From Blastocladiella emersonii ATCC 22665 (Eukaryota; Fungi; Blastocladiomycota), in assembly GCA_025594325.1 (NCBI GenBank), contig JANHCV010000001.1, positions 1,612,001 through 1,676,000 of the forward strand: a stretch of 64,000 bases of DNA, given 5' to 3'. The notes under the pieces are model-generated. The model was not told the DNA's origin, did not search any database, and saw only the letters and a program-made list of their open reading frames with translations. The position numbers and the translations under genes are program-made. Of this stretch, positions 30,408 to 41,632 are shown piece after piece; within the stretch, counting starts at the first letter, position 1, and every line of letters begins with the position of its first letter.

Positions 30408-31591
30408 GACGGGGCGGGCGATGCAGCGGCAGGGACGGAGGTGGTGTTGCGGGAAGTTGGGTGCAGTCTGTGAGGAGCAAAGTGCGAGCGCAGGAGGGTG
30501 GATCGAGTGCGGGAGGAGGGCGGGACGCGGGACGCGGGACGACGAGGAGGGCGATTCGACGACGTGGCGGTCGAAGCAGCGAGGGCAGTGAGTCGAACGG
30601 CAACAAAGGGGGATGTGTGGCGCGGCTTTGTCAGTCGACGGACGTGGAGGAGAGGGAAGGCGAGCGAAGCGGGCGAAACGCACCGTCAGCCGCCGAAAAA
30701 GTGCGCGGTGGACAGCGCCGCGTGACTCGAATCTGGGGCTCGCCGATCACTTGCTCGCGCTAGTCTCGCGCGGGTTGCAGAATCGATGCAGGGCGGAGAG
30801 GAGGACAGGGAGGAGGGTCGACGGGAGGAAGTCGGTCGGTGGCGCAAACGGCGGGGCGGGTCTCACGCGCGTCGGTGAACGAAACGCGGCGATGGGAACC
30901 GGCGGCGAGCGACGCGTTTTTCGAAGGCCGCTTCTACGGGTGAGGTCGCCGTCAGCGCCTCGTTCGCTGCGTTCTCGGCAGATGTCCATCGCAATGTTCA
31001 TCCACGGCCGAGCGGCGGCAGCGAGCACGTGTACCTTGAAGGGCTGCTGCTGCTCGAGTGGAGCGACGACGTGCGCGAAAGTTTCAGGCGGTGGACGCGG
31101 GTCGTGTAATGGATGGAGGCGACTGCGCGCCTGCGGGGGGTATGGGTAGCTCCGTTGGATGGGGCGAAGATCGCGATGGGTGGCGCACAGAAGGAGCGGT
31201 GGCGGGGGCGGGGCCCGCGGCGAGGAGAGCGAGGGAGCGAGGGAGCGAGAGCGGCGGGCGGGCGGGCGCGGCGCAGGGCGCGGCGGGTGGGCGTGCGGGG
31301 GTCCCCGAGTGGGGTCGGGTCGGGTCCGGCCGGAGGGGGACCAGATGATGAGGGTGCAGCGTGGGAGGAGCAGCAAAGCGAAGCGGGAGACGCGCCCGCG
31401 GACGCGCTTCACACCCGGCGCACGGGACACGTGATGCCGGCCGATCTCACTCGCTCGCGTCGTCTTGTTGCCGGGCCGTCCCTCCTCTCTCCCTCCCCGC
31501 TCTGCGCACCCCCACCCTCGCTGCTACGCATCACTCTCTGCAACGGACTCCGACACCGCGTCTGCCGCGCATACGCTCCCCGGATCCCACC

Positions 31592-34500
31592 ATGGTCGGC
31601 ACCCTCGGCGCGTCGTCGGCCCTCGGCCCCGCCGACGAGCCCACCATGGGCCTCGCCGAGATCGACGCCCTCTACGACAAGCTCAACGACTACACCGACT
31701 GGCTCTCCGGGGACGCCCTCGGCATCGCCCGCGACGACTGGTTCGCCGACCTCATGTCCATCATCCGGTGCGTGCGCGTCCGTTCGCCCTCCGCTCGCAA
31801 ACGAGGTTCTTACACTTCTTCGGACGCTTCCAGGACCATCGGCACCGCGCCCGTGCTCGTCATCACGCGCATCTTTGACCTCGTGCTCTCCGGGCTCGGC
31901 GCCATGCCCGCCGCCTGGCACGCCGCCACCGAGGCCGCCCACGGCCTCGCCTACTCGCAGGTCGCGCAGGGCGACCTCGAGATCCTCAAGCTGGCCCTCG
32001 AGCGCTGGCTCGACCTCGCCCACAACCTCATCGTCGCCGCCGAGCACCGCTCCATCCACTTCGCCTCGGTCGCCGCCGCCTCCGCCTCGGCCCTCGGCAC
32101 CTCCCGCCGCGGCCGTGGACGTGGACGTGGGGGTAGCACCGCTGGCCCCTCCAAGCGCGCCCGCACCGCTGCCTCGCGCGCGCTCGACGAAGGCGCCAAC
32201 TGGGACTGGCACGGCCTCAAGGTCCGCGCCATGCACACGCTCGCCCGCGTCCTCAACCTGCCGCTCCACACGGCGCTCACCGACGCCGAGCGCGACGTGG
32301 CCCTCGGACACGTCTCAAAGTCCGTGAGCGAGCTGCTCCAGAACAAGGACCGCACCAGCCTGCGCAACCCGGAGCTCAAGCGCCTGCTCTTCGCCATCTA
32401 CGCCGACTGCATCGTCAAGCACGGCCTCAACGTGCTCGTCGCGTGCGAGCAGAACCTCAAGTTCTTCGACTTCCTCGCCGAGCCCATGGCCGACTTCCTC
32501 GTCTACCTCGAGCAGGAGCGCGAGCACACCAAGCTCACCGCCGACCTGCTCCAGGCCATTGGCGCCGCCGACGTCACCGACGCCGCCCACGCCAAGTCGC
32601 TCGCCCTCTTCCTCACCGCCCTCGCCAACGCCGTCCCGAAATCCGTCCAGCGCTGCCTCGTCTACCTCCAGGCCCAGCTCGACTGCCCAGAGTACCCGCT
32701 CCGCTGCGCCGTCCTCCACTGCGTCGCCGCCGTCGTGCGCCACCTCATGACCCTCGAAGAGACGGTCGACCACGGCGCCGGGCCCGGCTTCTCGGTCCAG
32801 TCGCTCGTCGAGGTCATCGAGGAGCGCTTCCGCGACGTGTCGGCCCAGGGCCGGAAAAAGGCCCTTCTCGTTGTCGCCGACCTCCTCGAGTACAAGTACT
32901 TTTACGTCCGGTACCCGGCGCTGTGGCTCCACCTGCTCGGCCTGTGCGTCGGCCGCCTGCAGGACAAGAACCAGCCCGTGCGCGCGTCGGCGATCCGCGT
33001 CGTCACCCTGTTCCTCGTCCGCCACCCCTTCACCGTGCACGGCAACTCGCTCCGCCCAGCCACCGTCGCCGAGCTCGCCAACGACGTGCGCGACGAGCTG
33101 CAGGCCTTCCTCGAGGCCGCCGAGGCCGACCCCGACGCGCCCGTCGACAACAAGGTGCTCACCGTGCTCAAGACGCGCCACGACTACTTTACGAACCTGC
33201 GCCGGTTCCTCGCCCTCATCCACGACGTGGCCATCCCGAGCCTGACGCAGCTGCTCGCGTCCAAGAACAAGAGCGAGGTCATGGACGCCATGGAGTTTTT
33301 CGTCGAGGCGCACGGCCTCGACCTGCCCGGCGCCGCCACCGGCCTCAGCACCATGTGGCAGCTCGTCTTCAACGTGCGCAACACGGACCACGTCAAGGAC
33401 ATCCACGCGCACCTCGTCCAGTGCTTCCACACCGTGTACCTCGCGCGCGAGCCCGAGACCACGGTCCGCAACCTCATCACCCTGACCTACCACACCACGC
33501 TCGCCGAGGTGACCTGCCTCGAGCGCGTCGTCGGCATGTGCCTCGAGCAGGGGTTCATCTCGGACCACGTTGTCGCGCACCTCTGGGCCATGCTCGGCGC
33601 GTCGCCTGCCCGCGTCACCTTGCCCATCAAGCAGCGCCGCGGCGCGACCCTCGTCCTGTCGTGGCTGTGCCGCGCGAAACCCGCGCTCGTCGGCGCCGAC
33701 CAGCTCGCGCTCCTCGTCCGCGTCCTCCGCACGCACCGCGACGCCACCCTCGCCCGCTACTGCTGCCAGCTGCTCCAGTGCGTCGAGTCGCGCCTCCCGC
33801 GCGACGCCGAGTTGTTCGCCGTCCTCCAGGCCTGGCTCACGCTGCCCGCGCCCGCCGTCGATGTCGCGGCCGCTACCACCGCGAGCGGCGACCCGTGGTA
33901 CGCCATGGCACAGCAGGCGCTCAAGACCGTCTACGCCATCTCGCAGCAGCCCATGGTCGTCGCCAACGACGTGCTCCGCGCGCGCGCCGCCGTCCTCGCC
34001 GACCCCGCCGGCCGCGCGCGCGTCCCCGAGCTCGCCCGCCTCTTCTTCGTCCTCGGACACACGGCCGTCCAGCAGCTTGTTCTCCTCGAGCAGATCGAGG
34101 CCGACTACAAGCGCCAGCAGGCTGCGTCCGAGGCCAACGGCAATAAGGCCGCGGGTGCCGCGGCCACGATGCCTGCCGGCGCCGGTGGAAACGCGGCCGC
34201 GACCAACCGGTCTCGCCGCAGCGCCACGTCCGCCGCCGCGCGCACGCGCAGCCGGCGGTCGCGCACGTCGCGGCGGTCGAGCGGCGGGAACCTGACCGAT
34301 GGCGACGGCGCCGACGACGACAACGAGCTCGACCAGGTGGTCGGGACCGTCGAGGACGTGTTCGCCGAGAACCTGGCGGCGGTGCGCGAGCTCGAGCTGC
34401 TGTCGGGCAACCAGTCCCTGCTGGCGGCGTTCGGCCCGCTCGTCGTCGAAGTGGCGCAGTCGCCCGCGACGCCGCCCGCGCTGCGCGTGTTTGCGACGAC

Positions 34501-36610
34501 GTGCCTCGCGCAGTTCATGTGCGTCAGCGGCGGGTTCTGCGAGGACCACCTGCCGCTGCTCAAGTCGATCCTGGCCGCCGCCGACGCGCACACGCGCAGC
34601 AACCTCATGGTCGCGCTCGGCGACCTCGTCGTGTGCTGGAACACGGTCATCAACGACGATATCCGGCTCCTGTACGACGCGCTGCGCGACGCCGAGACCG
34701 ACGCCGACGGGAAACCGGCGCCCGTCAAGAAGAACGCGCTCATGGTCCTCCTCCACCTCATCCTCAACGGCATGGTCAAGGTCAAGGGCCAGCTGTCCGC
34801 GCTCGCCCTGTGCCTCGAGGACCCCGACGAGCGGATTTCGGGGCTCACCAAGCTGTTCCTCGCCGAGCTTGCGGGCAAGGACCAGGCGCTTTACAACAAC
34901 CTCAGCGACGTGCTCTCGCACCTCCTCGCCATCGGCGTGCCCGCGTCGAGTACTACGACGGGCGGCGACAGCGCCGCAGCCAAGAAGAAGGTCAAGGCCA
35001 GCGACGTCGAGGACTCGGACGCCGACGACGCCATGGACGTGGACAGCGACCCGGCGCCCGAGCCCGAGGCGACGCAGCCGCTCACGGCGACGCAGACGGC
35101 GACGCTCGCGGCGAGCGACGTGGACGAGGCCGCGGTCCTGCGCGTGCTCAAGTTCCTGTTCGGGTTCATCACCAAGGACAAGCAGACCGAGAACCTCCTC
35201 GACAAGCTGTGCCAGCGGCTGCGCGAGGCCGAGCACCCGCGCCAGTGGCGCGCCATCGCCTACGCCATCTCGTTGCTGCCGTGGGAAACCGCCACCGACG
35301 CCAAGTGCCGCAAACTCCTCGAACACTTCCCCGCCTTCGCCGACAAGCTGCACGAGGACGCCGTCCACAAGTCCGTCACCGAGATCCTGCACCGCGCGAG
35401 TAAGGCCGCGTCCGCGCCGGCGAATGCTGCGACGAACGCGGCGAACTCTGCTGCGGCGGCGGCTGGCGGCGCGCCCGCTAACCAGCGCGCCGCCCAGCCG
35501 CTCATCGAAGAGCTCACGGCCCGCGTCGAGCAGGCCCGCGCCGGGCTCGTCGAGGAGGCCGCCCGCGCCGCATACGGCGCCCAGAACAAGCGCCGCCGCC
35601 GCGCAGCTGCTGCCGTCGAGGCCGCCGTCGCGGGTCGGTCCACGGGCCGCGGGCGTGGGCGCGGGCGCGGCGGGGCTGCGGCTGCCGGTACACCCGCCGC
35701 GCGCCGCCGCCGCGCTGCTGCGGTCGTTGAGACCGAGAGTAGCGAGTCGAGCAGCAGCGGCAGTGGGAGCGGTAGCGGCAGCGACGACGAGGAGGAGGAG
35801 ACCCGCGCGAAACCCGTCAAGCGGTCCAAGCCGTCGCAACGGCCCACGGCCAAGGCGGCGAGCGCGAGCGGCAGCGGAAGTGACGAGGAGGAGGCTCCCG
35901 CCAAGAAGCGCGCCCCGCGTACTCGTACCCCGCGTGCCGCGCCTCGCCGTGCTGCTGCCGCCGCCGCCGCGCGCAAGGTCGTCGCCCAGGACGAGTCGTC
36001 GTCCGAGTCGTCCGAGTCCGAGTCCGAGAGTTCGGGCGAGGAGGAGTCGGGCGAGGAAGGATCGGGATCCGGCGACGATGACAAAAAGAAGGCGCCCACG
36101 ACCAAGAAGAAGGCGACCAAGGCCGAGTCGTCCGCGTCCGAGGACGAGGAGGCGCCCGCGGCCAAGAAGACGGCCGCCAAACCCACGTCGTCAGCGTCCG
36201 AGGAGAACGAGGAGGACGAGGAGGAGGCGCCTGCGGCCAAGAAGCGGAAGGCCGCCAAGTCCGCGCCGTCCGCGTCCGAGGAGGACGAGGACGAGGAGGA
36301 CGCGCCGTCGCCCGCCAAGCCCTCGCCGAAACCCAAGGGCCGCAAGCTCGTGCGCCGCGCGGCACGGCCCGCGTCGTCGTCCGACGAGGAGGAAGCGGAG
36401 GATGAGCTCGAACCCGTCCTCAGCACGCCGCCGCGCAAGTCCAAGCCGTCGGCTCCGCGCAAGACGCGCGAGAGCAGCGACGAGGAGGAGAGCGACGATG
36501 AGGACGCACCCACGGTCCGCACGCCGGCGCGCAAGGGCGGGCGCGCAGCTGCGGCGCGGATCGTTGAGTCCGAGTCTGAGGAAGAGGAGGCAGAAGAGGA
36601 GTCGAACTGA
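31592..36610 (+). CDS. YCS4: Condensin non-SMC subunit Cnd1/Ycs4/NCAPD2
   Basis: HEAT-like repeats, LQDKNQPVRASAI, LLASKNKSEVMDAMEFF, TTCLAQFMCVS..FCEDHL.LL, RSNLMVALGDL, VKKNALMVLLHLILNGMVKVKGQL, LYNNL. Intron 31768-31833. Long acidic/basic tail. Confidence 0.95.
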   Translation: MVGTLGASSALGPADEPTMGLAEIDALYDKLNDYTDWLSGDALGIARDDWFADLMSIIRCVRVRSPSARKRGSYTSSDASRTIGTAPVLVITRIFDLVLSGLGAMPAAWHAATEAAHGLAYSQVAQGDLEILKLALERWLDLAHNLIVAAEHRSIHFASVAAASASALGTSRRGRGRGRGGSTAGPSKRARTAASRALDEGANWDWHGLKVRAMHTLARVLNLPLHTALTDAERDVALGHVSKSVSELLQNKDRTSLRNPELKRLLFAIYADCIVKHGLNVLVACEQNLKFFDFLAEPMADFLVYLEQEREHTKLTADLLQAIGAADVTDAAHAKSLALFLTALANAVPKSVQRCLVYLQAQLDCPEYPLRCAVLHCVAAVVRHLMTLEETVDHGAGPGFSVQSLVEVIEERFRDVSAQGRKKALLVVADLLEYKYFYVRYPALWLHLLGLCVGRLQDKNQPVRASAIRVVTLFLVRHPFTVHGNSLRPATVAELANDVRDELQAFLEAAEADPDAPVDNKVLTVLKTRHDYFTNLRRFLALIHDVAIPSLTQLLASKNKSEVMDAMEFFVEAHGLDLPGAATGLSTMWQLVFNVRNTDHVKDIHAHLVQCFHTVYLAREPETTVRNLITLTYHTTLAEVTCLERVVGMCLEQGFISDHVVAHLWAMLGASPARVTLPIKQRRGATLVLSWLCRAKPALVGADQLALLVRVLRTHRDATLARYCCQLLQCVESRLPRDAELFAVLQAWLTLPAPAVDVAAATTASGDPWYAMAQQALKTVYAISQQPMVVANDVLRARAAVLADPAGRARVPELARLFFVLGHTAVQQLVLLEQIEADYKRQQAASEANGNKAAGAAATMPAGAGGNAAATNRSRRSATSAAARTRSRRSRTSRRSSGGNLTDGDGADDDNELDQVVGTVEDVFAENLAAVRELELLSGNQSLLAAFGPLVVEVAQSPATPPALRVFATTCLAQFMCVSGGFCEDHLPLLKSILAAADAHTRSNLMVALGDLVVCWNTVINDDIRLLYDALRDAETDADGKPAPVKKNALMVLLHLILNGMVKVKGQLSALALCLEDPDERISGLTKLFLAELAGKDQALYNNLSDVLSHLLAIGVPASSTTTGGDSAAAKKKVKASDVEDSDADDAMDVDSDPAPEPEATQPLTATQTATLAASDVDEAAVLRVLKFLFGFITKDKQTENLLDKLCQRLREAEHPRQWRAIAYAISLLPWETATDAKCRKLLEHFPAFADKLHEDAVHKSVTEILHRASKAASAPANAATNAANSAAAAAGGAPANQRAAQPLIEELTARVEQARAGLVEEAARAAYGAQNKRRRRAAAAVEAAVAGRSTGRGRGRGRGGAAAAGTPAARRRRAAAVVETESSESSSSGSGSGSGSDDEEEETRAKPVKRSKPSQRPTAKAASASGSGSDEEEAPAKKRAPRTRTPRAAPRRAAAAAAARKVVAQDESSSESSESESESSGEEESGEEGSGSGDDDKKKAPTTKKKATKAESSASEDEEAPAAKKTAAKPTSSASEENEEDEEEAPAAKKRKAAKSAPSASEEDEDEEDAPSPAKPSPKPKGRKLVRRAARPASSSDEEEAEDELEPVLSTPPRKSKPSAPRKTRESSDEEESDDEDAPTVRTPARKGGRAAAARIVESESEEEEAEEESN

Positions 36611-36647
36611 ACGATCGTGATATTTAACACACACTCTCTTGCGAACT

Positions 36648-38921
36648 TCACAGCCCAAACTGCTCGAGCATCCACTCGGACAGCTGGAACCCCTTGTCCA
36701 GGTCGTTGATCAGCCGCAGCGCGTACTCGGGGACGTCGCCGCCGCCTCCGTTCGAGCTCGAGCTCGAGCTCGACGTACGGGACGGCGCGCGGCCGCGCGG
36801 CGGGAACGGTGGGTCGTCGTCGAACGCGAGCGGGTCGCGCAGCGGCGGCGCCGACACGACGCGCGGGCTCGGGGTCATGGGCGACGACGCGTTGCGCGGG
36901 CTCGGGGTCGTGGGTGACGACGACGCGTCATTTGCCCCCGCGGCGCGGGTCGGCGACATGCTCATGGGCGCGCTCGACGGCGAGCTTGGGTGGTGGCACC
37001 TGGGACCGATGGACGGCGTGCGGGCGCCGCCGACGCGCGAATTGGACGAGGAGGAGGACGCTGAGCCCGCGCGCTGGTGCGATCCGCGCGGCGGCACCAT
37101 GGCAGTCCCGCCGACGAGCCAGCCGTCGAGTCCCGAGGCGACGTTGCGGAGCAGCAGGCGCTGGAACTTGGTCGGTGCGGTGGTCCCGCTGGGCGGGAAC
37201 AGGGCACGAGAGAGGCGGTTGACCTGCGCGATGGGCAAAAAGGTACTTGCAAGACACGCGTGCGTGAGCGTCGGGTAGCGCGCGAGCAGGTCAGTGATGC
37301 GCACGGCGCGGCCGGTCGGGCCCTGCAGGTGGTCGACAACGAGGCACTGCAGGCGCGGGCACTCGGGCAGGCCCGCGAGCCACGCGGAGGCGGTGGCGCC
37401 GGCGAGGTGCGAGTCGAGCGTGGACGCGGGCCCGCGGCACCGGTCGTCGAACCGCAGCGCGACGAGGTGCGGGAGGTAGAAGCGCGGCGAGATTCCGGAC
37501 GTGGTCCATGGAGCGAAGCTGCTCGAGGAACTGGTCGTTGCGAGGCGGAGAGAGATGCCCGACAGGGACAGCGAGGTGAGCGAAGCGGCAAAGGACGGGT
37601 GCAGCAGGGTCGCGGGGCTGATGAGGCTCGAGTGGACCGAGTGGAACTGCTGGTCAAGAACGAGCCGTGTGAGTCCTCGTTTACGGCCGAGAGCGTCGGG
37701 ATTAGGATCGGGCAGGGTCGCGGACGGCGAGCGGGGCGGCTGGACGGCAAAGCCGCGGACGACCAACGTCTTGAGCGGTGCCTTGGGTCGGCAGAGAAGC
37801 GTGTCGAGCGCGTCGAGGAGGACGTTGCTCGAGGCGCCGACGCGGCAGAGGGTGAGCGACTGCAGCTGGGTAAGGCAGCGGGCAAGGTTGGCGGCGACGG
37901 CGTGCACGTTGCTGTCGGTGATAAAGGCCGCACGGTTGAGGTCGAGCGCGACGAGACGCGACCATGAGGTGAGCGAGGACGAAAAGTCGGGAGCATCGAG
38001 CTCAGTCATCAGACACAGCTTGCGGATGGCGGGTAACGGGTTCAAGCCAGCAGCGAGGACGTGATCGATATTGGGCGCAATGAGCACGAGCTGGGTCGCG
38101 GACAGGTCGATCTTCGAGCCAGCTTTTGACGGGCCAGTGCCACCAAAGCAGGCTTGAGCGGCACATAGCTGAAGGGACGCGAGCAGCTCGAGTTGAATGG
38201 TAGCGTTGCGCACGCGCCACGGTCCACGGCTGGGCGAGAGCACGTCAATAGAAGGCAAGACTCCTCGAGACGGTTCCAGGGTAGTTTCGGCGGTCAAGGC
38301 GAGGTCGATGGTGCGGCGATCAAAGTCCACGCCGGTCACAGCGCACAAGACGGGCTCCATGGGTTCGGCAAGCGCGCAGGTCATGGTGGCGAGGCGTACC
38401 ATGGCGGTGGAGGAGAGGGATCCGCGCCGGTCAGCGAGGACGGAGAGGAGTTCGGCTGGATCGGGGAGCAGATGAACAGACGTGGTCGAGAGCAAGTTGA
38501 GGCTGACTGTTTTGAGGTTCGGAGCGACGTGAAGCAGCTGAAGAAGCATCGGGGTAAGACCCGTTGCATCGTCCATGGACGTCGTCGCCTGCAACGCGTC
38601 CAGGCTGGTCGACGTCACGGTGAGGAGCTGCACATGGGCGGCCGTGTCCGGTGCCAGCTCGAGCGATTGGACCAAGCGCGGAACTTGGAGGATCGAGGTG
38701 ATCCAGATGTGGTGGTAGCGTAGCGGGACGAGCTTCGCGTAGAGCGTTCGGCACGCGCGAGCCAGACCGTCAAACGACGGGGAGAGCGCGGGAGCGCCAT
38801 TGGACTCGACGGCGAGAATGTGCTCCAAGATATCGACGGGCAGGCGAGCAAGCGTGGCGGTGCGCTTGGCCGACTCGGGCTCGCCCTCGCGCGCCTCGGC
38901 GCCGGCGGCCGAGAGAAGCAT
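36648..38921 (-). CDS. F-box-like / leucine-rich-repeat (RNI-like) protein
   Basis: N-terminal LARLPVDILEHIL...LARACRTLYAKLVPLRYHHI is an F-box pattern. It is followed by LxxLxL-type repeats (LKTVSLN, LQSLTLC, LTSLSLS, LQCLVVD) and an S/P-rich tail. Confidence 0.7.
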   Translation of the reverse strand: MLLSAAGAEAREGEPESAKRTATLARLPVDILEHILAVESNGAPALSPSFDGLARACRTLYAKLVPLRYHHIWITSILQVPRLVQSLELAPDTAAHVQLLTVTSTSLDALQATTSMDDATGLTPMLLQLLHVAPNLKTVSLNLLSTTSVHLLPDPAELLSVLADRRGSLSSTAMVRLATMTCALAEPMEPVLCAVTGVDFDRRTIDLALTAETTLEPSRGVLPSIDVLSPSRGPWRVRNATIQLELLASLQLCAAQACFGGTGPSKAGSKIDLSATQLVLIAPNIDHVLAAGLNPLPAIRKLCLMTELDAPDFSSSLTSWSRLVALDLNRAAFITDSNVHAVAANLARCLTQLQSLTLCRVGASSNVLLDALDTLLCRPKAPLKTLVVRGFAVQPPRSPSATLPDPNPDALGRKRGLTRLVLDQQFHSVHSSLISPATLLHPSFAASLTSLSLSGISLRLATTSSSSSFAPWTTSGISPRFYLPHLVALRFDDRCRGPASTLDSHLAGATASAWLAGLPECPRLQCLVVDHLQGPTGRAVRITDLLARYPTLTHACLASTFLPIAQVNRLSRALFPPSGTTAPTKFQRLLLRNVASGLDGWLVGGTAMVPPRGSHQRAGSASSSSSNSRVGGARTPSIGPRCHHPSSPSSAPMSMSPTRAAGANDASSSPTTPSPRNASSPMTPSPRVVSAPPLRDPLAFDDDPPFPPRGRAPSRTSSSSSSSNGGGGDVPEYALRLINDLDKGFQLSEWMLEQFGL

Positions 38922-39466
38922 GCTGCTAAGCGAGGTTAGCTGGCCGTTGGATGCATCGGGTTACATGGTGGAGCATACATTGCAGAGAGAGGCACAGCGC
39001 GATGCTTGACCGGTCGTCGCGAGGTCGAGGTTGAAGCGGACGGCAGCAGCGTCGCGTGGCGGCGCCACGACGAAGGACGCGTCAACGGAGGCTCACGTGC
39101 GGGCGATCACGGCGCGCCAACACGTTTCGGCGACGCGCTCCGCCACGCACGTTTTCGACGGTGAGGACCCTGTTGCGCCACTCGCGGCAGCACGCACGCA
39201 CGCGCGCTCCATGCATCGGCCATGAATCGCTCGCGCCGGCCCATTGGCCGGGACTTGAGCGTGGCGGCGGCCGCGGCGCTTGTGGTGGTGGTGGTGCGGC
39301 GCAGCACGGGCCATGTCGCGAACGCGCTCGCAACGTGCGCCGACCACACGCGCACGCTTCGGAGAGAACGGAGACGACGGATCCGATCGCTAGCCCTACT
39401 TAAGGCCGCGTCGTCCCCCGCTCCCATCGGCGCTCTGCCCGCGATGCATCTCTCGTTCCAGCAACC

Positions 39467-41632
39467 ATGAGCCCGCCCACCGCCGTCGACAGCCGTGCTC
39501 GGCTCGCGCGCGACTCGCTGAGCCTCAGCGCCTTCCTCGAGGAGATGCTCGGCGACCTCAACGACGCCGAGACCTCGGCCCTCGCCCGCGCCTACGAGAC
39601 CGGCCGTGCGGGGACCCCTGCCACCGACGACGGCCAGCAGCAGCAGCACTCGATCGCCGACCTGTACAACCTCGACGGTCCGTCCCATCGCACCGATATC
39701 CGATGCCGCAATTAAGTGACTGACCCGATCCTCGCTCGCACAGGATCCGACGACCACAACAACCCGAACCGCGAGCGCGCCGTGCAGGAGATCCTCTCGA
39801 CGGAGCGGTCGTACGTCGAGATGCTGCGCATCCTCGTCGAGTGTTTCGCCCGCCCGCTCCGCGTCCTCGCCAAGTCGAGCAAGCGCCCGCTCCTCTCGCC
39901 CCCCGACGCCAACATGCTGTTCGGCAACGTTGAGGAGGTGCTGGGCCTGCACGAGACATTCCTGCGCGGCCTCGAGGAGCGCATGTCGGCGTGGCACCCG
40001 CACCAGTACCTCTCGGACCTGTTCCTCTCCTTCTCGCCCTTCCTCAATGTCTACAAGCCCTTTGTCATCAACTACCCCTCGGCGCTCAAGACCCTCGACC
40101 GTCTGTCCCGCGACAGCGCCGATTTCGCAAAGTACCTGCAGGACGCCCTCCTCGACCCGCGCACCAACGGGCTCGAGCTGCGCTCCTACCTGATCCTCCC
40201 CGTCCAGCGCATCCCGCGCTACGTCATGCTCCTCGACCTCGTCGCCAAGCACACGAGCCTGCTCCACCCCGACTACACGGGCCTGCTCTCCGCCGCCGAC
40301 ACGATCCGCGAGTTTGCCGACGACCTCAACCACGCCGTGCACGACCACGAGGCCCAGCTCAAGGTTGCCGAGATGCAGGCCGTCCTGCTCTCCGGCACCT
40401 TCAAGTCGCACCGCGTCCAGGCCGTCAAGGCCCTCGTCACCCCGGCCCGCCGCTTCGTGCACCGCGGCGTGCTCTGGACCAACCCGACGTGCACCGCGAG
40501 CCCCGCCTCGCCGACCGCGGCCAACGACGCGCCCGCCGCGTCCTCGTCGGCTACCCCCTTCACCATGTCGGCCATGTCGTCGCTGCCCCTCATCCAGCCC
40601 ATCAAGAAGAAGAAGCCCACCAAGACCAAGTTGCCCGCGCGCTCCGACTCTGACGCCGTGTCGCCGCTCGAGGCCCTCGCCGCCCTCGACTCGCCCAAGA
40701 GCATCTCGACATCGCTCGACGTCGCCTTCAATGGCGGCATCACCACGGCGCGCCGCGCTTCTGCCTCCCTGGACGTGGAGCAGCCGTCCTCGCCGACCGT
40801 CCTCGCCTCGGTCAAGGAGCTCTCGCAGGCCGTCACCGCGTTCCCGGACCAGGTCCACGTCTTCCTCTTCTCCGACATCCTCGTCCTCGGCCGCCAGACC
40901 GCGCCCGACCGCATCGAGTACCTCGCCCAGGTAGATCTGCGCATGGTGCAGCTCATCTCGTCGCCAATCCCCGCTTCGCCCGCCCTGCCCGGCAGCTTCG
41001 CGCCCGCGGCGCCGTGGAACCACTCCGAGTTCACGACCCCGCCGCCCGCGCGCCGTTCGAGCAAGGCGTCGATCATCAACGACGGGTCGGCGGGTGTGCC
41101 CGACCAGGTCGCGCTCGTGCACCTGCTCGTCACGTCCGTCTCGCCCACCGGTACCGCGTTCCTGGACCTCATGTTCTTCACGCCGTCGACCGCCGAGGCC
41201 CAGACGTGGCACGATCACCTGTCGTCGACGCTGAACCATCTCAACCACGGTATGGCGCACCAGTCGTCCGGCGCCTCGGTCATGATGATGCCCGGCATGA
41301 CGGCGAGCCGCCGGTCGCGCCCGCGCACGCTGTCGGCGAGCGCCGCCGGTAGCCGCGTGTCGATGGCGTCCATCTCGTCCAACTCGTCGCACGGGTCCAC
41401 GTCGCGCGGCCGGTCGCGCTCGCCCGCGACGCCCACGGTCCCGACGGTCCCGCCCGAGTACTACCAGGCAGCGGCGGCGCGTAGCCCGCGCCCGCGCACG
41501 TCGTCGGCCGATCCTGTCCTCGCGGGTCCGCGGTCCACGTCGCTCAGCAGTGGCACGATGGGCTCCCGCCAGCCGTCGTCTTCGCGCGGGTCGGTTGGTG
41601 CGAGCACGCTTGGGATCCCGCGCCTCGGATGA
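39467..41632 (+). CDS. Rho guanine nucleotide exchange factor (DH-PH), tandem copy 1
   Basis: RERAVQEILSTERSY, LFGNVEEV, YLILPVQRIPRYVMLL, HPDY, PH segment HVFLFSDILVL. Intron 39678-39743. Confidence 0.9.

Noticed and set aside
26947-35839. Very long antisense or shifted ORFs (910, 760 and 1174 aa) over DCTN2, bZIP and YCS4
   Set aside because: Shadow ORFs expected at ~70% GC: R/G/A-rich with no domain signal.
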